This document shows, one piece after another, positions 12,475-27,051 of a stretch of 64,000 nt of DNA; position 1 is the stretch's first letter; every line of letters starts with the position of its first letter. This DNA is from Octopus sinensis. Taxonomy: Eukaryota. The stretch lies in contig NC_042997.1 in assembly GCF_006345805.1 (NCBI RefSeq), positions 21,514,001 to 21,578,000 on the forward strand, given 5' to 3'. The notes beneath the pieces are model-generated. The model was not told the DNA's origin and did no database searches. It worked only from the letters and a program-made list of their open reading frames with translations. The position numbers were made by a program, and so were the translations under genes.

Positions 12475-13064
12475 CATTGAATATTATGGGTTCAAAAAAG
12501 TTTTTTACATAATTGTCACATTGAATATTATGAATTCAAAAATGTTTTTTTATACATAATTGTCACATTACGTGTATAAATATAGTGTTTGGTAACAGAG
12601 ATATGTTAAGGGCATAAAAAAGTTCAATAGTGTGATGAGAATATTTGGAAAAATTGGCAGAAAAGAATAAAACAAATATATTATTGGAAATTTGGTTGCG
12701 TTAATTATTGGTTGTCGCAAATTGTCACATTACATGTATATATATACAGTCTTTGGTAGAAAGGACATGTTAAAGACATAAGGAAGTGTAATAGTTTGGT
12801 GAGAAAGTTTGTAATATTGACAGAGAAAATTAAAATGGATATTTTATACATCTCAGAATATTTTGAATTGAAGGCGAGAATTTGTATTTACTGACCTGTT
12901 TGTTTTAGCAGAAAAGTTGAATTGAGAGAAAAAGATGTGTACCCAGTTTTGTGTATGGTTCCCCTTCAAGCATCAATGATTTTGGAGTTATCGGGAGGTG
13001 AGTATGCGGGTGTGAATAGATGTGTCCGTGTGCCTGCTGGTCAGACGGCGTCTGTTTGTCACAC

Positions 13065-13069
<5 letters not shown>

Positions 13070-13110
<41 letters not shown>

Positions 13111-13410
13111 TATACAAACACACACCACATACACACAACACACACACACACAGAACACACACATACACAACGCACCCACATATATAATATACACACACAG
13201 CACACAAATATAACATGTATTTATATATAATATACACACATATACAACATACATACACACACACACAACATACGCATACATACATACATAATATAAATAT
13301 CACACAAATACACCTAGCATATATATACATACAATACACATACACAGCATGTATATAATACACATATATATATACACACACAGGCATGTATATAATACAC
13401 ATATATATAT
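13070..13410. repeat. (CA)n/(TA)n compound microsatellite
   Basis: Direct. Confidence 0.95.
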
Positions 13411-14439
13411 ACACACACAGGCATGATTTTCGATTTTGTAATTTAATAAAACAACTCTAATCTCGTAAAAACAAAATATATTTTAAATTTGAAAAATGTA
13501 CTCGAAAACCTTTCTTATCAGATTTTATAAACACCCTTTCAGCACCAATGAATTTAATTCGGGGCTGGAATCATTGACATACCAGCACTGAATGGTCCTT
13601 ATTCGTTTCAGACATCACCAGGACAATACTGGACTACACTGAAGGTATGGTATTTGTGGGGTGTCGATATTTCAACATCGCTCCAAACCTAGAATTTAAA
13701 TGTCTCAATATATTTAAAGGCATTAATTCTAAAACTAGAAAAATATGAGCTGGCATAAAATTACCTTCCTTACTCATCATTCCTAAAACCATCACAGCTG
13801 CTAGAATTTAGTGTGCATCACTTGGAAGACATCAGCAGTATCTGTACATAACAATCTGTCGTTTCTCTAGTTAGACTTTTGATCTCGGTCAAAGTTTTTC
13901 TCATCGGTGAGGAACCAAAATATGCCATGTTCATAAGGTGAGAGTTTTTAACTTTAATAAGTAACCGCTTTACACAGATCAAACAAATTTCCTGTTTCTT
14001 TGCAGACATGAATTGGCCTTTATTTTGTACGTACAACATTCAGAACTCGTTTCTCACAGTACTACCCGACATCTGAATTTATTTGGCGGTGGCCCGCTTT
14101 GATTTTTCTTGGTTCAATGGTACTTTGAACCCGTTGGATAAATTGCGACGACCTTATAATGTCCGAACGTTTACAAAATTGTTTTTCCCTCAACGATGCA
14201 AATGAACCTTTCCTGGCAGAAACATTCAATTCCGCCCGAACTTTGCGCACAAAAGATCTTGCAGCACTTAGAAAGTTGACAATTTATACTCGGTGTGTAT
14301 CTAGTAACAATGATTGCATGTCTTTTCATTTCTTGAATTAGCATTTTTTTTTTCAGGGCTAGTGAAATCTAAAAGAAATAAAATCCGTTTAACTACTTTG
14401 AAGACAGTAATTTACTGATAATTAAATGTCCTCGAATAT

Positions 14440-14486
14440 GTTTGCATCTTGTGTATATAATTATATATATATATATGTGTGTGTGT

Positions 14487-14566
<80 letters not shown>

Positions 14567-14640
14567 AAATATATATGTATATATATGTATATATAATATA
14601 TATATATATATTATATATATATATATAATATATATATATA
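14440..14640. repeat. (TG)n/(TA)n microsatellite
   Basis: Direct. Confidence 0.95.
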
Positions 14641-14919
14641 ATTTCAACAATTGAGGGTAAAATTAATTAATCATTTCACCAAGTGTTCAGTATGCAAACG
14701 GACCATTTAAGGCGAATTCAAATTATTACATTATATAAAAGGGCTTAGTAAAATAATTACTTTGCCGCATACTGAACTCATTAGAAATAGCAGCTAAAAA
14801 AACATTTATAAAACTATTTCTAATACTTAAAGAAAACCTCTCTCATATAGTGTTTGCTCAATTCAACTCACGAAAGTATGGGGGGTAGAGACATTAAAAA
14901 ATCAAATGCAAAGGTTATT

Positions 14920-14972
14920 TGAGAACGTACGTTTCAAGATTAGTCAAACTCGACATTTCTATCATCAGCTCA
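14920..14972 (-). ncRNA. Type I hammerhead candidate (inverted copy)
   Basis: Reverse complement of 15023-15075. Confidence 0.65.
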
Positions 14973-15022
14973 GAACTCCCTGGTTTGGATTTGAAAACAC
15001 TGAAAATCCAAACCAGGAGTTC

Positions 15023-15075
15023 TGAGCTGATGATAGAAATGTCGAGTTTGACTAATCTTGAAACGTACGTTCTCA
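15023..15075 (+). ncRNA. Type I hammerhead candidate
   Basis: TGAG-CTGATGA-TAGA..GTC(GAGTTT)GAC..TCTT-GAA-ACGTACGT-T-CTCA; canonical core, palindromic helix III, GUU triplet; U-U at the base of helix II. Confidence 0.65.
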
Positions 15076-15578
15076 AATAACCTTTGCATTTGATTTTTTA
15101 TGTCTCTACCCCCCATACTTTCGTGAGTTGAATTGAGCAAACACTATATGAGAGAGGTTTTCTTAAGTATTAGAAATAGTTTTATAAATGTTTTTTAGCT
15201 GCTATTTCTAATGAGTTCAGTATGCGGCAAAGTAATTTATTTTACTAAGCCCTTTTATATAATGTAATAATTTGAATTCGCCTTAAATGGTCCCTTTGCA
15301 TACTGAACACTTGGTGAAATTGATTAATTAATTAATTTTACCCTCAATTGTTGAAATTATAATTCATCTCTCTCTATTTAAATGCCTCGGATTTTACCGA
15401 AAAAAGCATAGTGTTTACTGATTTTAACCCACGCTGGTGGAAGGGGAGAGCAGAAATTCTTCGCTTGCATATTTGAGTTTGTTGGCACTGTTAGTTACGA
15501 GCGGATCTTCAGAAGCGATAGGAGGCCGAAGGGGTATGCTCCCTCTTTCAGTGTTTTCAAATCCAAACCAGGGAGTTC

Positions 15579-15631
15579 TGAGCTGATGATAGAAATGTCG
15601 AGTTTGACTAATCTTGAAACGTACGTTCTCA
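15579..15631 (+). ncRNA. Type I hammerhead candidate (second tandem copy)
   Basis: Same sequence as 15023-15075, 556 bp downstream. Confidence 0.65.
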
Positions 15632-15817
15632 AATAACCTTTGCATTTGATTTTTTAATGTCTCTACCCCCCCATACTTTCGTGAGTTGAATTGAGCAAAC
15701 ACTATATGAGAGGGGTTTTCTTTAAGTATTAGAAATAGTTTTATAAATGTTTTTTAGCTGCTATTTCTAATGAGTTCAGTATGCGGCAAAGTAATTTATT
15801 TTACTAAGCCCTTTTAT

Positions 15818-15879
<62 letters not shown>

Positions 15880-15883
<4 letters not shown>

Positions 15884-16045
15884 CAAAATAGGCAACAGGA
15901 TATCAAGAGGTGATGTAGTACGACCGTTTCAAGTGGCCCCATTTAATTGAACAATGCAATCATTACATCAATTTAAATGCAGGGCTATCCTAAGATGCAT
16001 AATTAAATGAATAGAATTTTTAATCAGTCGGAAACATTAATATTT
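15880..16045 (-). repeat. Short dispersed microsatellite-flanked repeat (second copy at about 54360-54510, +)
   Basis: atcaaaata(g/a)gcaacaggatatc and tgcaatcattacatcaatttaaatgcagggctatcct shared in reverse complement. Confidence 0.8.
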
Positions 16046-16918
16046 AAATTGATGTAATGATTGCATTCTACAGTGAGCTTGCTGTGGGGAGTGGAAAATC
16101 GAACGTTTCGGAAAGGGACACTCTTCAAGGAAAAGTTGAAAGGAGAGAATTTAACGAGAGGCAGCAGAATATGTATGCACGAGCGTACCTATGTATGTAC
16201 GTTTGCGTGTGTGTACATGCATAAATATGTATGGATATTCCTTTTTATCAAAAACATATACCAAACACCACACATTGTTTACAAAACACAATGTCACTGC
16301 CAAACACGCTATCTTCTAGACAGCGTGTTTACTCTAATTTTAATTACAACTAAACATATTGCGCCAAAGAAAGAGTCTTTATGTGGTCTCTCGATGTGCT
16401 ACAAATAGCAATCAAATTTTCTTCCCGTACTAAAAGGTAAATGACTGTGAAAACAAGGTCAAAGATGTATTAAAACAAAGAAGATGGGATGGACATGGCA
16501 CTTATGCTTTCTACCATAGATCCACTTGATCAGGACTGACCCAGGGCTAAACAATAGCATCAATAAAGCACGAAATTTGTTCAAATCTACAGAAACGTTT
16601 TCCCCTTCTAATATGTAAGAAGATTAACTAAGTTAAATTTTATGTTGAGAACGTGATAAGACTTCGATTCTAATTTCTTTTCATTTATGCAACTATTCTC
16701 TTCTACGTCTTAAACAGTTCAACATAGTAATTTCCCTTTCCTGAGGCCTTATGTTTAATTAAATTGAATCAATATTTGCTGTGAATAATTGAGAATTCTA
16801 ATTTTTATGAATTTTCGCTTTAAGTATATAAATGAAAACAAACCGAATTAATTAATTTTCATATGATAAATGTATTCAAGATAATTGGGAAAAAAAAGAT
16901 ACTTGTGTAACAAAAATT

Positions 16919-16965
<47 letters not shown>

Positions 16966-17005
16966 ACTAGATAGATAAGCAGACGTTTGAAGGATATATA
17001 TATAC

Positions 17006-17039
<34 letters not shown>

Positions 17040-17149
17040 CAAATGCAGGCAAATTTAGCTAGAAAGCTTAACACAGAAGAAAATAGAAAACATAGTTAAT
17101 GTATAAGAATAACAATAATTGGCTTCATCAAATTTTTTTTATATCATAA

Positions 17150-20100
17150 CTCATGATCCATACAGTTTCATTTGAAACGTTATATCATATACAACCAGCC
17201 ATTAATCCATTAATTATTAAAGTTTAATTTCTGCTCCAGCTGTCTTTTGAAGGATTAGTGAGTTAATCAGAGGTTAAATCCTATATAAATGCTGTTGGGA
17301 AAATAATTCGAAACTGTGGCCGGTTGATACTAAATATTGAGGTGGCACCTGTTGTTGCTTTTTTTGCCAGGTTCGGTTTCATAAAACAAGCATCAATCTC
17401 ATTAATATGCATAATTCTTTATGACGTTGATTTACAGTAAATATCTTCTTCATAAAGCAGTATATACTAGAAAGTATTTCCGTTATTTAAAATCTAAGAG
17501 ACTGAGCCATCGAGATTCAAGTGCTTTGGTCACTGGTTCAGAGCTGTACCAAAGATAGGCTACTAATCGTTGAACAACTCAGTTGGTATTTAGACTCCGT
17601 ACCGACTCAACTAGTTGCAACACTGTTTATAAAATACCCTGTCAGAGTTGAAAGAAACTTTTTCAAGTGTGACAACCTCAAAAAATGAAAAAATAAAAAA
17701 TCAGATAAAGCAATTAAAAGGTTAACAAAAAACCAGTCAGAGAGAGTGGAGCTGGTGGTGAAAATATATAAATATATTTATCAAAACAGTTTGCAATTAT
17801 TTAGAAGTATTGAAGACAAACACCCCGAAATGAAAATTGTAAATAGGTTTCCAAGTGAGTGATAAGTCAAGCCAATATAAACACACGTCTAGGATTGATG
17901 TTTTCGGGGTTACATAAAGTAAATTACCTCAAACAACCTCCCAGTCATGATCTCTGCGGATGAAATATAATCAGATAGAATAGTTCTATCGTCTGTTATT
18001 TATACTGAGTGACAAATGTCAAATACATTATGGCTTTAATAATAATTTCTTGTCTTGATCGGGTTAGCTACATAGGTCTAGCTACGTGCGATATAATTAT
18101 TGCCAACTAACAAAGCCACCCGATGATTTGATGTTGAATAGTTAATTAAACCCCATTAATGAGTTGCGTGGTGACGGAATTGATCAAAGAAACAACACGA
18201 ATTGGCAAGAACAGATATTTCTAAAGTTATTTACTTGGAAATTATTTTAGATTCACACACTTAATTTATCCAAAAAGCAAGGAGTTTCTTAAAAATGTCA
18301 AAAATAATAACAGAAATTAATTGAACTATTTTTGTGGTTCTGTTATAAGCAAGTTATTGTAATTTTTGTTGTTGGTACTGTTAATATGATATTCAAATGC
18401 GAAGTACAGTTCTCATGACCTTTGTATTCCCGCCTCTGATTAGAGGGATCAATGCGGTTGATATTCAGTTTTTTTTTCATCTGTAGGTCGATGTATGTAA
18501 GAACAAGTAGGAAATTATAAAAAGGTGCAGCTGTGAAGAGGAGGAATTGGGTGACGTATTTAGTGCAGAATCTGGGATTGCGACATAGTCAGGATCACGT
18601 AACGATAAGAATTAGTCGGATAGCCCTGGTTGGGGGAGTAATGCAATTAGATAGTTTAGGGGAATGGATCCGGGCTATACGAGAGGTGGAACAGTTAGTG
18701 AGATGAAACAACACACCATCTGTAAAATCTGATTATTGTTTCTGAATGAATCATATTTATTTAGTTAAAATGGCTTTCATTTGAATGGTGGATTGGACCT
18801 TAGAGTGGTAATCCAATGTAGGTTTTACTTAACCTTTGTAGAATTCAGTTAACTGATAATGTCTAAATATTTCTTGATTCAAAAGAGGAATCATTGTTAA
18901 ATTAGCTGTGTGTGTGCTAAATGAAATCTGTGGAGTTTCACATCAGATGATCGGGGTTCACTAAAGTTGATAGAGTCTAGATAGACACACGCTGTGATTG
19001 ATTATGCAATTTATAAGAAATTCGTTCCAAGAGGTGAGAGATGGAAAGTCCTCGTTAAGTTGCCTAGTTATAAGCAACTTTTCTCCAAGATTGAGGTTTA
19101 TTACTGAAGACAGAGAGATTAAGGAATTTGGTGAAGGTAGAAATTTACATTGACGTATAAACGCTGGGGATCGTGGATATGTTAATTAGGAGCGATTACA
19201 ATAGCTTTCACATAAGGTTACTGTTTGTAGGTTAAAATGAAAATGGACGTATGAAGATTAGTAAATTGTGAAGGGATTTGGGAGGAGTTAAAAAAGTGAA
19301 ACGTGATTGCTGATGACAGAACTTGATTAAGAAATGCTGGGGATGAGGATTTGTCAATGCTGGTAGAACACATTGCAGCCATTTTTAGGTGGGCTGACCG
19401 TGAGATGCACGAAAGTTTTTTTCTTTGCATTTGTATAGGCTTTGATAGATAAAAGTGTCCAAGATGATGCTGACAAAGTGGTAGTGTTATAGAAGGCTTG
19501 TGGGATTTAGTTGTGATTGTGTGAGTGATCTAATCGAACTAGGAAGATTGATTTTGTCCACCTCTTAGATTCTCAGATATATAGAACACATTTTCGGCCA
19601 TAGCTATTCAGCATAAAGCTAATGGGGATTCAGTCTGTGAGGTAAATTGATGTAGAACAGAGATAGAAGTTAGGGTCGTATGCAGTAGGATAATATCAAG
19701 TGCCTTGCCTCAAAGATGAGATCATTTGAAACTACAGAGACATCGATGATTGAGTTTAGAATTAAACAGTTCTCAAGGATATTTAGAATGATTACAGAAA
19801 CAAGAAGAGCAGTTATGTACTCTAAAACCACTGAAAATGAGTACTTCAGAATGAAGTCATGTGAGATTGATGCTTTAATGCGAGTCGTAAACTAACCCCG
19901 CAAAAATCTAAGTGTTGGTAATCGAAAGAATTTGTAAGAAAAAGAAATACCAGATGATCTTAGAGGAATAGTGGATGGAAATTTTGAGGTAAAGTAGCTG
20001 GAATGAAATCAAGATAATATACATGAGTGATGAAATGAATGGATTCTCCTTACACCTATTGTACCAAATTTCAGAACAAAGCCAGAATCTAGAGGGTAGC
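17150..20100 (-). mobile_element. Highly degraded Penelope-like element (RT region)
   Basis: Only scattered motif remnants (e.g. SILDVCLY resembling FLDV; Cys-rich stretch near 17.35 kb); many stops. Confidence 0.35.
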
Positions 20101-20709
20101 CGGGGCAGCAAGAATTAATGAGAAATAAAAGTGAGTAGGAAAAATGTGTCTTAGAGAGGAATGTGTATTTTTGTGTCATGTTTATTCTATTAATTTTTCG
20201 TGTCTATTTTTAATTGCTTTTTTTTTATTTGGTCACTGGCTCTTTGTGAAAACTAGGAAGTTCATAAATTCAACGTAGTATAGAAATTTAAAAATTAAAA
20301 AAACATTTTCTCAATGAGAATTATCTGTGTAGTAGTAGCCTTTCCTAGTATTGCATTTTCACTGTTTTCTTTCTATTTAAACGCTCAATTTGTAGTCCTT
20401 AAAAATATAGTCAAAATATAGGAATAAACTTTTTATTTGTGGCTTGAACTATTTTTATTAAATGATTTAAATTATATGCAAATACAATCTTCAAAGGTTC
20501 TGGAAAAGTGTTGCGTTTCTTTGACTTTGTCCTGGGTTTTGGCCGCCCTGTATGATAACCAAATTAGATGTCCTCTTCCTTAATCGTAACATACCTTCAA
20601 CAAGAACAACAATACATATATATACAGTGGTCACCTTGTGCGATCTGCATACCCCGTTTACCCAGTTGCCAAGTGTGGAGGGAGGTGGTTCAAACAAAAA
20701 GATACAAAG

Positions 20710-20826
<117 letters not shown>

Positions 20827-23800
20827 GAAGAGTTTCTTTCAGTTTCCGTCTACTAAATCCATATTTTATCTGAGATTATTCTGTCTTTTTGTTTATCGAG
20901 GTGTACATTATCTACTGTGTCTATTTTTAAAGACAGTAGTATGCTTCCTTTAAAAATATTGGCTACTATGTTTAGCAGGTCGAATGACAAGTTTGAGGTT
21001 CCTATGTTGGTTTTGCTGGTTATTTATTGTTGTTACAGTCATAAGTACTTCTCTGTATGTTCACTAGATTGTTGATGCGGTCGGTCAATATTATTTAAGA
21101 AACAAATTTTTCTAGCAATTGTTCAGATTGGTGTTGGCTTACAATAGTTAACCTGTTTGTGTTTGCTTTCTTGGCAATAGATTTCTATATCTATTAGTAG
21201 TGGATTCCTATTCCTCTAATTTCTTATTCAAGAGATAAAGCAGACCAGCGATTTAAATTAAATCTTACATCATTGAGCAAACTATTAAAATGTAACATTT
21301 TTAAATGACATTTTCCAACAGACACCTATGTATGTTCTAAAATAGCTAAAGCGTAATTAATTATACCCAGTTCCGGAGAATTTCGTGATTCTGTTGTCGT
21401 CATTGCGAAAATCATTAGCAAACATCCTTGCTACTAGCTTAACAATAATTAGTTTACCTGGACAGTAGAACGTGCGAAATTCGTAATGAAAGCATTACAG
21501 ATAATGGCTTAAATTACCTGCAGTTGGCTACACAATTTATGTAGGAACCTTTATTACTAAACCACGGGTATTAATAATGTTTTTATTCACTAGACCATCG
21601 ATGTACAAATAATTATTGTTGCAATATAATGTTATTTAACATTACCTGTTAATAATGGCGGCCACAATGAACTAATATCAGCGCTAAGCTTACTCACTGA
21701 GCTAACAACAACCGTCATGTGCACTGCTTCTTTGATTTCATTCTGGTCTTCTATCAAATATGGACTTTTCATTCCATAGCAATATATGCTTTTCTGTTTC
21801 GTATCATCTGTTCAGCATTCATGATAGCAGTTCGATTTAGCATTAAAGTCTTTGTTTATTCTGAACCGCCTAAAGTCGTTTTATTCTTTTATTATTTTTC
21901 CTGATTTCTGTCAGTGGTTGCGACCATGCTGTGGCACCTCATTCTACGGTTTTAGTTGATTCCAGTCTGCAACTTATTTTATCGAATCAATATTTATTAA
22001 ATCGGCAAGTTATGCTTTTTGACACAAAGTACACGAGAGTAGCAAGCAGACACTCACACATACACCCACACGCACATACACACACACATACGCATACACA
22101 TACACACACACATACAAACTAGCAACCAAACATACACACAGGCTCACTAACATACACGTATACACATATATACACATAAGGTGGAGTCGGCAGAGTCACA
22201 GATAGTTTGCTTTGCAGCAATTGTTTCCGACTCTCTACAGCCTGAGTTCAAATCCCAGCGAGGTCAATTTGCTGTTCATTCTTTCGGGGTCAATAGATAA
22301 AATACCAGTTCTATACTCGAATCAATTCTTCTAAATCCCTTACTCTTTCTTTCTGGCCACCTATCTTTTTTTCTCCTAGAAACTGATTGTAGTGGGACCT
22401 GAGACGAATATACTCCCTCAGTTCTAAAAACGCCGAAAACATGCCGTATAATGTATTGTTACCCCCACGTTTCTATCAAGGTACGCGCGCTCGCAAATGC
22501 AATGGCTTACTGTACAGTTCCAATGTAACTGTTTCATTTCATGTATGAAGGCTAACAAGAAGCTATAGCACGAGTTATTGTTTAAAGTGGGATCTAATGC
22601 GGAAACAGGTAGTTGTAAAGGCAACATTTGTACCATAAAGCTATGTCCGCGTCTTTAAAATAACTTACATATATGCATGCAAAATACAACTTGTACGCTT
22701 TTTGCATCTCTTTGTTTCTGTTTTATTTTGGTAGTGCTTTTGTAACGGGTAATTTTCAGATAGTTTTGCATAATCGCTGAACTTTTTCAGATAGAGTAGA
22801 ATCTCAGTGGGTTTTGTTAAAACCGTTACATTCTGCTTCTGAATAACAGTGGATTATATAGAAAGGTTCGATTTCAGGAATGTGTTTTAGGTTACTCATT
22901 TCTTGTTTATAAGCTAATTTAACAGAATTTATAGAATTAATACCGAGCCATTTACAAAGCGACACCATCTGCGTGAAAAACAGTAGTTATGTTAAATCTC
23001 GAAGTAATTCCAGTTTTCTAAGTTACCCTGTGTACATTTTCGTACATTTATTTATAATTCTTCTACTACTATTTTATCAATTGCAATAGAGTTCATAATT
23101 GCTGATGAGGCCATAATAACACCGAAACCACCCCATCGCTTCCAGAAAAATAATTATATTAATCAAAGGCCAATATAGTTTATTTTTCCTTAACGCATTA
23201 TTATTCATCGTTAGCTTCTTGATTATCTTTGCATTAAATAAGCTACCACAGAATATCTAATTGCTAAAGAACATACTAATCTTGTCATGCTAAATGACCT
23301 GCCTTGATTTGATTAACCTATTTACAACGGACGAAGTATTGTCAGTTGTCAGTTGTCAGAATTAGAGAAAAACAGGCCAAATACACCATCAACGGGTAAA
23401 CATACCAACTAATAAAATAAGGACATGTTGTATGTGCAGCATGTCCTCGGTGTCATCAGTTGGTATCTTCGTGTTATGCAACGTTTTTATGCGACATGAT
23501 TTATAAGTACTGTTGACTTCCAGATCAAGAAGTAAATTCACCCAAAAGGGAAAAAGGTTATTTATCTATCCACCATTATCAGTACAAATGGATAGCATTT
23601 GTATGGAATATTTCGAAGACTTAAGACAGTACAGTACTGAAACCGGAACGTATATTCATATCCTTGTATAATGTTTTAGGCCCTGCTTTACATATCATAG
23701 TGAAAGCATGGTAAATGTTACCAAATCACACCCGTGGTCTTATTTTGTTTTACGTATTAATGATATTAAAGTTTCTATATAACCATGAGGTGTTGTGCCT

Positions 23801-23829
23801 ATGATATCATTATAGCAATTTAGAACGCA

Positions 23830-24080
23830 GGAGGGCGAGCTGGCAGAATCATTAGCACGCCGGGCGAAATGCCTAACGGTATTTCGTCTGCCGCTACGTT
23901 CTGAGTTCAAATTCCGCCGAGGTCGACTTTGCTTTCATCCTTTCGGGGTCGATTAAATAAGTACCAGTTACGCATTGGGGTCGATATAATCGACTTAATC
24001 CCTTTGTCTGTCCTTGTTTGTTCACTCTATGTTTAGCCCCTTGCGGGTAGTAAAGAAATAGGTATTTCGTTTGCCGCTAC
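23830..24080 (+). mobile_element. SINE family A, near consensus
   Basis: gggcgagctggcagaatcattagcacgccgggcgaaatg...ccccttgcgggtagtaaagaaatag. Confidence 0.92.
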
Positions 24081-24239
24081 GTTATTCTGCCGTTACATAT
24101 TCAGAGAAACAACTTAAGGTTACTAGCAAAATTTAAATATAAAAGCACCCATCATTGGTCAGTTGTGAAGGTGTATTGCTCGTACACGATATTGCATGAC
24201 CACATATTGATCAAGTCACTTCGTCTCATTCCTCTTTAC

Positions 24240-24440
24240 TCCCCTGGCTTTGCTCCATTTAACTATCTTTTCAGATCATTGCAGTAATTATTTACAAGGA
24301 AAACAGCTTATTACTTTTAGAAAGATTTTGAATGTTTCTTCATATCAAAATCTGAAGAATTTTACGCCCGAGGAATTGACAATTTGCTAGATAAATGGGA
24401 TTATGTTATGAAAGAGGGAGAAATATTATCTTGATTAGGT
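24240..24440 (+). mobile_element. Mariner transposase C-terminal remnant
   Basis: FRSLQ...FFISKSEEFYARGIDNLLDKWDYV resembles the mariner C-terminus. Confidence 0.55.
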
Positions 24441-25814
24441 ATATCAATTAAGATCAAAGAAGCATTTGTTTCTTTCCCATCATGAAATGCAACCTGACAT
24501 ATGAAGGAAATAATTATTTACCAAAGTTAAAAGTACACAAACTTTGACACGTTTTTGTTTATTGCCAGCTAGCTCCGAATGAACGACCCATGATTAAATG
24601 AATATAAATATTATTTTTATGTTCAGCGGACATGGGACTGCGTTATTTAATACGTCCTAGTTTTCTAAGACGCTAAAGCATTATTTGAAGGCGATTTAGT
24701 TGCTATCTCTAGCATATCAGTATTCCATGTACAGGCTCCCCTATGGTTGGCTTTTTTTAATTGATATTTCATTCTCCATAGTGGCAAGAAACAGTTCATA
24801 TGTTGATAAACAAAGATATAAAATATGTAACCCCACATACGTTACAATGTATAATTAGGTGAATGTATATATATGTATACAAGAAAAGTGTACTATTGGA
24901 TATTCACTGTATTTATTTACGCATGTGGTCTCGGATAGTTTCCTAATATTCTGTATTCTTCCTTGAGTATATGTGAAAATGTAGGTGTACATATAAGTGT
25001 TTGAATTTGTGCAGTGTGAGTGTAAGTGTGCATGTGTGTGTATGTGTGTAAGACTGCGTTGTGCGTGCGTGCGTGCGTGGCCGTATGTGTGTGTGTGTGT
25101 GTGTGCGTGCGTGTCCGTGTGTGTGTGTGCCCGTGTCCGTTTGTGTGTGTGTGTGATATAGAAAACTACCGTTTGCTTTTCGTACGCAGAAGGCTTTATA
25201 AATTCTAAATCGGAAATGACACCCATATTAAATTAAGTAATCTTACATATACAAACACGAATCTCATTTTTCAGTTACATCCATTCCATACGTGACTACC
25301 TACTGACCTTTTTCTGATTATCTGCTGACCTTTCTGGTTATATATTGACCTTTCTTCTTGCTTAACAACACCGCTCACCTTACCAAATTCTCGTGTCATA
25401 TTTTAGTGAAAGAAGTTCACACATAATAAACGACGGTGAACTATATTTCTGGGACATTAAGTAACAACATAAATTCCTCTTTCTTACTAATTTAAAGAGA
25501 TATTCCTTAACCTCTCTGGTTATAAATTTTATTCATAATACTCGCGCTAAACATCACAGATCAAAACATAACACAATATGTATTTGTTTCAAAGTTGCTA
25601 TGGGTATTTTTGAAATCAAGTAATAATAACGATTTCTTCGACACAAAATTCGTGTAAGTTGCATACTTGCCAGGTTATTTATTATCTAATGAACCCCAGA
25701 CGAGCGAAAAATAAATAAAGTCGATAATGATTGAAGTCAAGACGCATTGAGACGAAACTAAATGCTATAAAGCATCATTTAGCTCAGTGCCCTAGCCACT
25801 CTGCAATCACATGA

Positions 25815-26105
25815 CGTTGTTGTTGATGTTGGTGGTGGTGGTGGTGGTGGTGGTGGTGGTGGTTGGTGGTGGTGCTGGTGGTGCTGGTGCTGGTGGTGCT
25901 GGTGCTGCTGGTGCTGGTGCTGGTGCTGGTGCTGGTGCTGGCGGTGCTGGTGCTGGTGGTGCTGGTACTGGTGGTGGCGGTGATGATGATGATGAGGAGG
26001 AGGAGGGGGGAAGGGGAGGGGAGGGGGAGGGAGGGGGTAGGAAGAGGACGACGACGACGACGACAACGAGGACGACGGCGACCATCAACAACAATAATGA
26101 TGATA
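25815..26105. repeat. Compound trinucleotide microsatellite (GTT/GGT/GCT/GAT/GAG/GAC/AAC)
   Basis: Direct; explains five overlapping low-complexity ORFs. Confidence 0.95.
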
Positions 26106-26480
26106 GAGCGGAGAATGGTAACGCCCTTCCTTCTAACAACACTCATTGCCTTACTTCAAATCACGAAACCGTTTAACATCTTTTAATCATTTTCCAATTT
26201 CCTTATTTATTCGTTAATATATTTCTGTCCAGAGTTTCCTTGGTGACGATTAATTATTATTTTTTTACATTAAGCACAAGGCTTCAATTTTACTTAAGAA
26301 GTCAATAAATCGATTGTTTAAATCCATGTGGAGTACTCAGATATAGTTTATCAACCCATGAATGATGAAAAGCAAATCAGAAGTTCGATACTAATATAAA
26401 AGCATATGACATAGAACGTAGTTTCAGATAGGGGCGGGGTAGGGACAAATCGATGATTTCAACCCAATACTTGAGTGATA

Positions 26481-27051
26481 TGTAACGAGTATGTGAGTGA
26501 ATATCTTCTCTGGACCTTTTGGGGGTGCGAGAAGCAATCACTTTCCGTTGCTTTAATAATCCAGATTCTCTACCAGTCAGAAACAACAAGACGCAGACGT
26601 AAAAAATAGATATACTTTATTGTTTTATACCGGTGAGAAATCAGTGGTATATCTGATGTCCTTGGTTCTGGGCGCGCAAGGCTGAAAGTTAATCGATTGC
26701 AATATTTACAATGTTCAGCCGCTAAAAACAGAACGGGTTAAAGATGGCGTCCGGAACAGGGAAGATGATGTGGTCGGCAACAATTTGGTTAAAAGCTTTC
26801 GGCCGACTGCTGCTAGAATCAAATTCGGACAGAGAGAAAATATACGTGACCGTTGCCTTCGATAGCCATGTCTCAAGTCACTGCCTGCTGCTGCTATCAC
26901 CCCGGACCCCTTTTAAGGTTCACCTTCCCTTCGCCATACAAGCCAAACACCACGTCAGCAAATTCCTACTTCCGGTGGTGAAAGCACCAACCCGCACGCG
27001 CGAAACAGGAATGGACGGTGCGCGCGCGCGCCGCTGTGTAGCGTCACTACA
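26481..27051 (-). repeat. 3' LTR (571 bp)
   Basis: Direct repeat of 28523-28860 plus about 235 bp extra; AATAAA on the minus strand near 26615. Confidence 0.9.

Larger units (their letters stand above)
14641..15817 (+). mobile_element. Hammerhead-bearing non-coding element: about 1.45 tandem units of 556 bp preceded by an inverted copy of about 360 bp (PLE pLTR / retrozyme-like)
   Basis: 14641-15002 is the reverse complement of about 15003-15360; 15548-15817 repeats the start of that segment directly; (TA)n on both sides. Confidence 0.85.

Noticed and set aside
13440-14340. Non-repetitive, coding-like stretch with short ORFs
   Set aside because: Stops in all frames and no family recognised.
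23101-23135. CTGATGAGG..CCGAAAC hammerhead core
   Set aside because: Helix II is only 2 bp and there is no convincing helix III or NUH after GAAAC; at best a relic.
25779-26186. Gly/Ala/acidic or His/Gln/Pro-rich ORFs resembling a structural protein or transcription factor
   Set aside because: Open in several frames on both strands because of trinucleotide repeats; no unique domain or splice support.
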